Source: Prevotellaceae bacterium (lineage in GTDB: Bacteria > Bacteroidota > Bacteroidia > Bacteroidales > UBA932). From it: DNA of 63,075 bases. The stretch is taken from contig JAISXF010000032.1 of the NCBI GenBank assembly GCA_031270845.1, forward strand, positions 1-63,075, written 5' to 3'. Shown piece by piece: positions 61,710-63,075 of this stretch (position 1 is its first letter; each line of letters opens with the position of its first letter). Both the position numbers and the translations under genes were made by a program. The notes below the pieces were generated by a model that had not been told where the DNA came from, searched no databases, and worked only from the letters and a program-made list of their open reading frames with translations.

Positions 61710-63075
61710 ATGAAGCGGTTTATACTGGGACTTATCGGGTTCTTTGCGGTGGGGGCAACCGCGGCAGCGCAGGTGGCCGACACGGCAAAACCCGCGCCCG
61801 CATCCCACGCCCTGCGGACGATAGCGCCTTTCGAGCTGCCGACATCGGTGCGGCGTCCGTGGCGGGCAGCGGCGCAGGCAACAAGTATTAATATCGGCAT
61901 TAACCTGTTCGACCGCTGGGCGCTGGACGCGTACTATGCGCGGGTTACGGGTGCAAGCATCCGAAAAAATCTGAAACATCAATTCCTGTGGGATAACGAT
62001 AATTTCTCCACCAATTTGTTCTGGCACCCCTATACCGGCGGACTGTACTTCAACGCGGCGCGTGCCAACGGCCATAGCTTTTGGCAGGCCGTGCCCTTTG
62101 CCGTCGGCGGGAGCTATATGTGGGAGGTATTCTGCGAGACGCAGCCGCCGTCGATAAACGATATTATTGCTACCCCCGTGGGCGGCATTGCCTTCGGCGA
62201 GATAACGCACCGCGTGTCGCATCTTTTTCTTGATGACAGCCATCGGGGGTGGAGCCGCTTCGGGCGCGAGATGCTCGCCGGCATTATCTCACCGATGGAC
62301 TTCTTCAACCGCTTACTCAACGGCGACGTCGGGCGCTACCGCCCGCGCCCCGGCGACGCCACGCCCACTATCCCTTTTTCCCAAATCAACCTTTCGGTCG
62401 CGACCCGCTTTATCGTTGATGTGGACAAAAACCGCAGCGGCCTCAACATGGCCTTCAGCGCCGGCATCGTGTACGGCGAGGTGTTTGCAGACAAGGACAC
62501 GCATATCCCCTACGATTTTTTCACGGCCAAAGTCGATGCCACCATCATCGGCAACCAGCCCTTCCTGTCGAACGCGAGCATTGTCGGGATGCTCTGGGGA
62601 CGCGAGTGGGAAACGCCCAGCGAGCAGACGTGGCTCGCCGGCATCTTCCAACATTATGATTATTACCATGCACGGCCTGTGGTAAGCGGCGGCGCCATAC
62701 CCTACGAGTTTGCCGAAACCGCATCGTTCGGCGGCGGGATGCTCTTCAGGATACCGATAAAAAACCGGCGCGCCACCCTTTTCGGCCATGTATTTATGAA
62801 CGGCATCCTGCTTGGCGCAAGCGAGTCGGACTACTATTTTGTGGACCGCCGCAATTATAACATGGGCAACGGCTACAGCATGAAATTCGCCGTGGCTGTT
62901 GCCAAAAAGCGCTGGAGCGTCGAATGGAACGCTAAACTGTATCAGATTTTCACCAGTCGGGGCTATGGCTCTGCCGACATCGAGATAAACGGCCTGCCCG
63001 ACAACGCCGATGCCGACTACGTAAACGCGCAGGGGAATAAGGGGCACACGCTGCTCGGAATAGTCGGCATAGAGA
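61710..63075 (+). CDS. Secreted DUF3943-like protein; the 3' end runs off the window
   Basis: Hand translation from ATG 61710: MKRFILGLIGFFAVGATAAAQ..FLWDNDNFSTNLFWHPYTGGLYFNAARANGHSFW..IATPVGGIAFGEITHR... The frame is open to the window end, so it is absent from the ORF track. The family name is from memory. Confidence 0.7.
   Translation, partial: MKRFILGLIGFFAVGATAAAQVADTAKPAPASHALRTIAPFELPTSVRRPWRAAAQATSINIGINLFDRWALDAYYARVTGASIRKNLKHQFLWDNDNFSTNLFWHPYTGGLYFNAARANGHSFWQAVPFAVGGSYMWEVFCETQPPSINDIIATPVGGIAFGEITHRVSHLFLDDSHRGWSRFGREMLAGIISPMDFFNRLLNGDVGRYRPRPGDATPTIPFSQINLSVATRFIVDVDKNRSGLNMAFSAGIVYGEVFADKDTHIPYDFFTAKVDATIIGNQPFLSNASIVGMLWGREWETPSEQTWLAGIFQHYDYYHARPVVSGGAIPYEFAETASFGGGMLFRIPIKNRRATLFGHVFMNGILLGASESDYYFVDRRNYNMGNGYSMKFAVAVAKKRWSVEWNAKLYQIFTSRGYGSADIEINGLPDNADADYVNAQGNKGHTLLGIVGIE

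Noticed and set aside
61692-63047. Minus-strand ORFs of 183 and 244 aa, and a plus-strand 151-aa ORF, at the right end.
   Set aside because: They overlap a continuous plus-strand frame from ATG 61710 with a signal peptide and recognisable conserved blocks. Their own sequences are low-complexity Arg/Ala/Gly-rich.

Overview
63-kb chromosomal window from a high-G+C Bacteroidota (Bacteroidales-like) genome. The taxonomic call rests on type IX secretion genes (sprA, a porV-like barrel, a CTD-tagged cargo), a SusC/SusD polysaccharide utilisation locus, and Bacteroides-type TAnnTTTG -7 promoter boxes in front of most genes and both tRNAs. I can support 46 protein-coding genes. Housekeeping genes: class I fumarase fragment, prfB with its programmed +1 frameshift, ubiX, ruvA, gcvH, purD, rpiB, asnS, hutH, a GuaD-like deaminase, pdxJ, recO, ahpF, yebC, and an EF-G paralogue lacking the catalytic His. 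Accessory genes: a GH32 enzyme; a SusC/SusD/GH18/DUF1735-LamG PUL; an OmpR-type RR/HK pair; a membrane-anchored wHTH regulator beside an orphan TolC; a TolC-MFP-RND-small accessory protein operon; an LRR surface protein; and a visibly AT-rich type II restriction-modification islet. There are two tRNAs (Asp-GTC, Asn-GTT), several intrinsic terminators and one promoter-plus-terminator sRNA candidate. The most unusual content is non-coding. Almost every intergenic gap carries tandem arrays with a period of 7 bp or 21 bp (3x7). They are often arranged head-to-head as very long palindromes and sit directly upstream of -7 boxes or across stop codons. Some abut a conserved ~45-bp module (CGACAAGCGAG..ATATATTG..ATCCG..CAGGC) that recurs at distant loci. 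The closest precedent I know is the heptanucleotide STRR repeats of heterocystous cyanobacteria. I cannot assign a function. No CRISPR array, rRNA, transposase or integrase was seen. Family names prefixed DUF or PG0541 are recalled from memory and need HMM confirmation.
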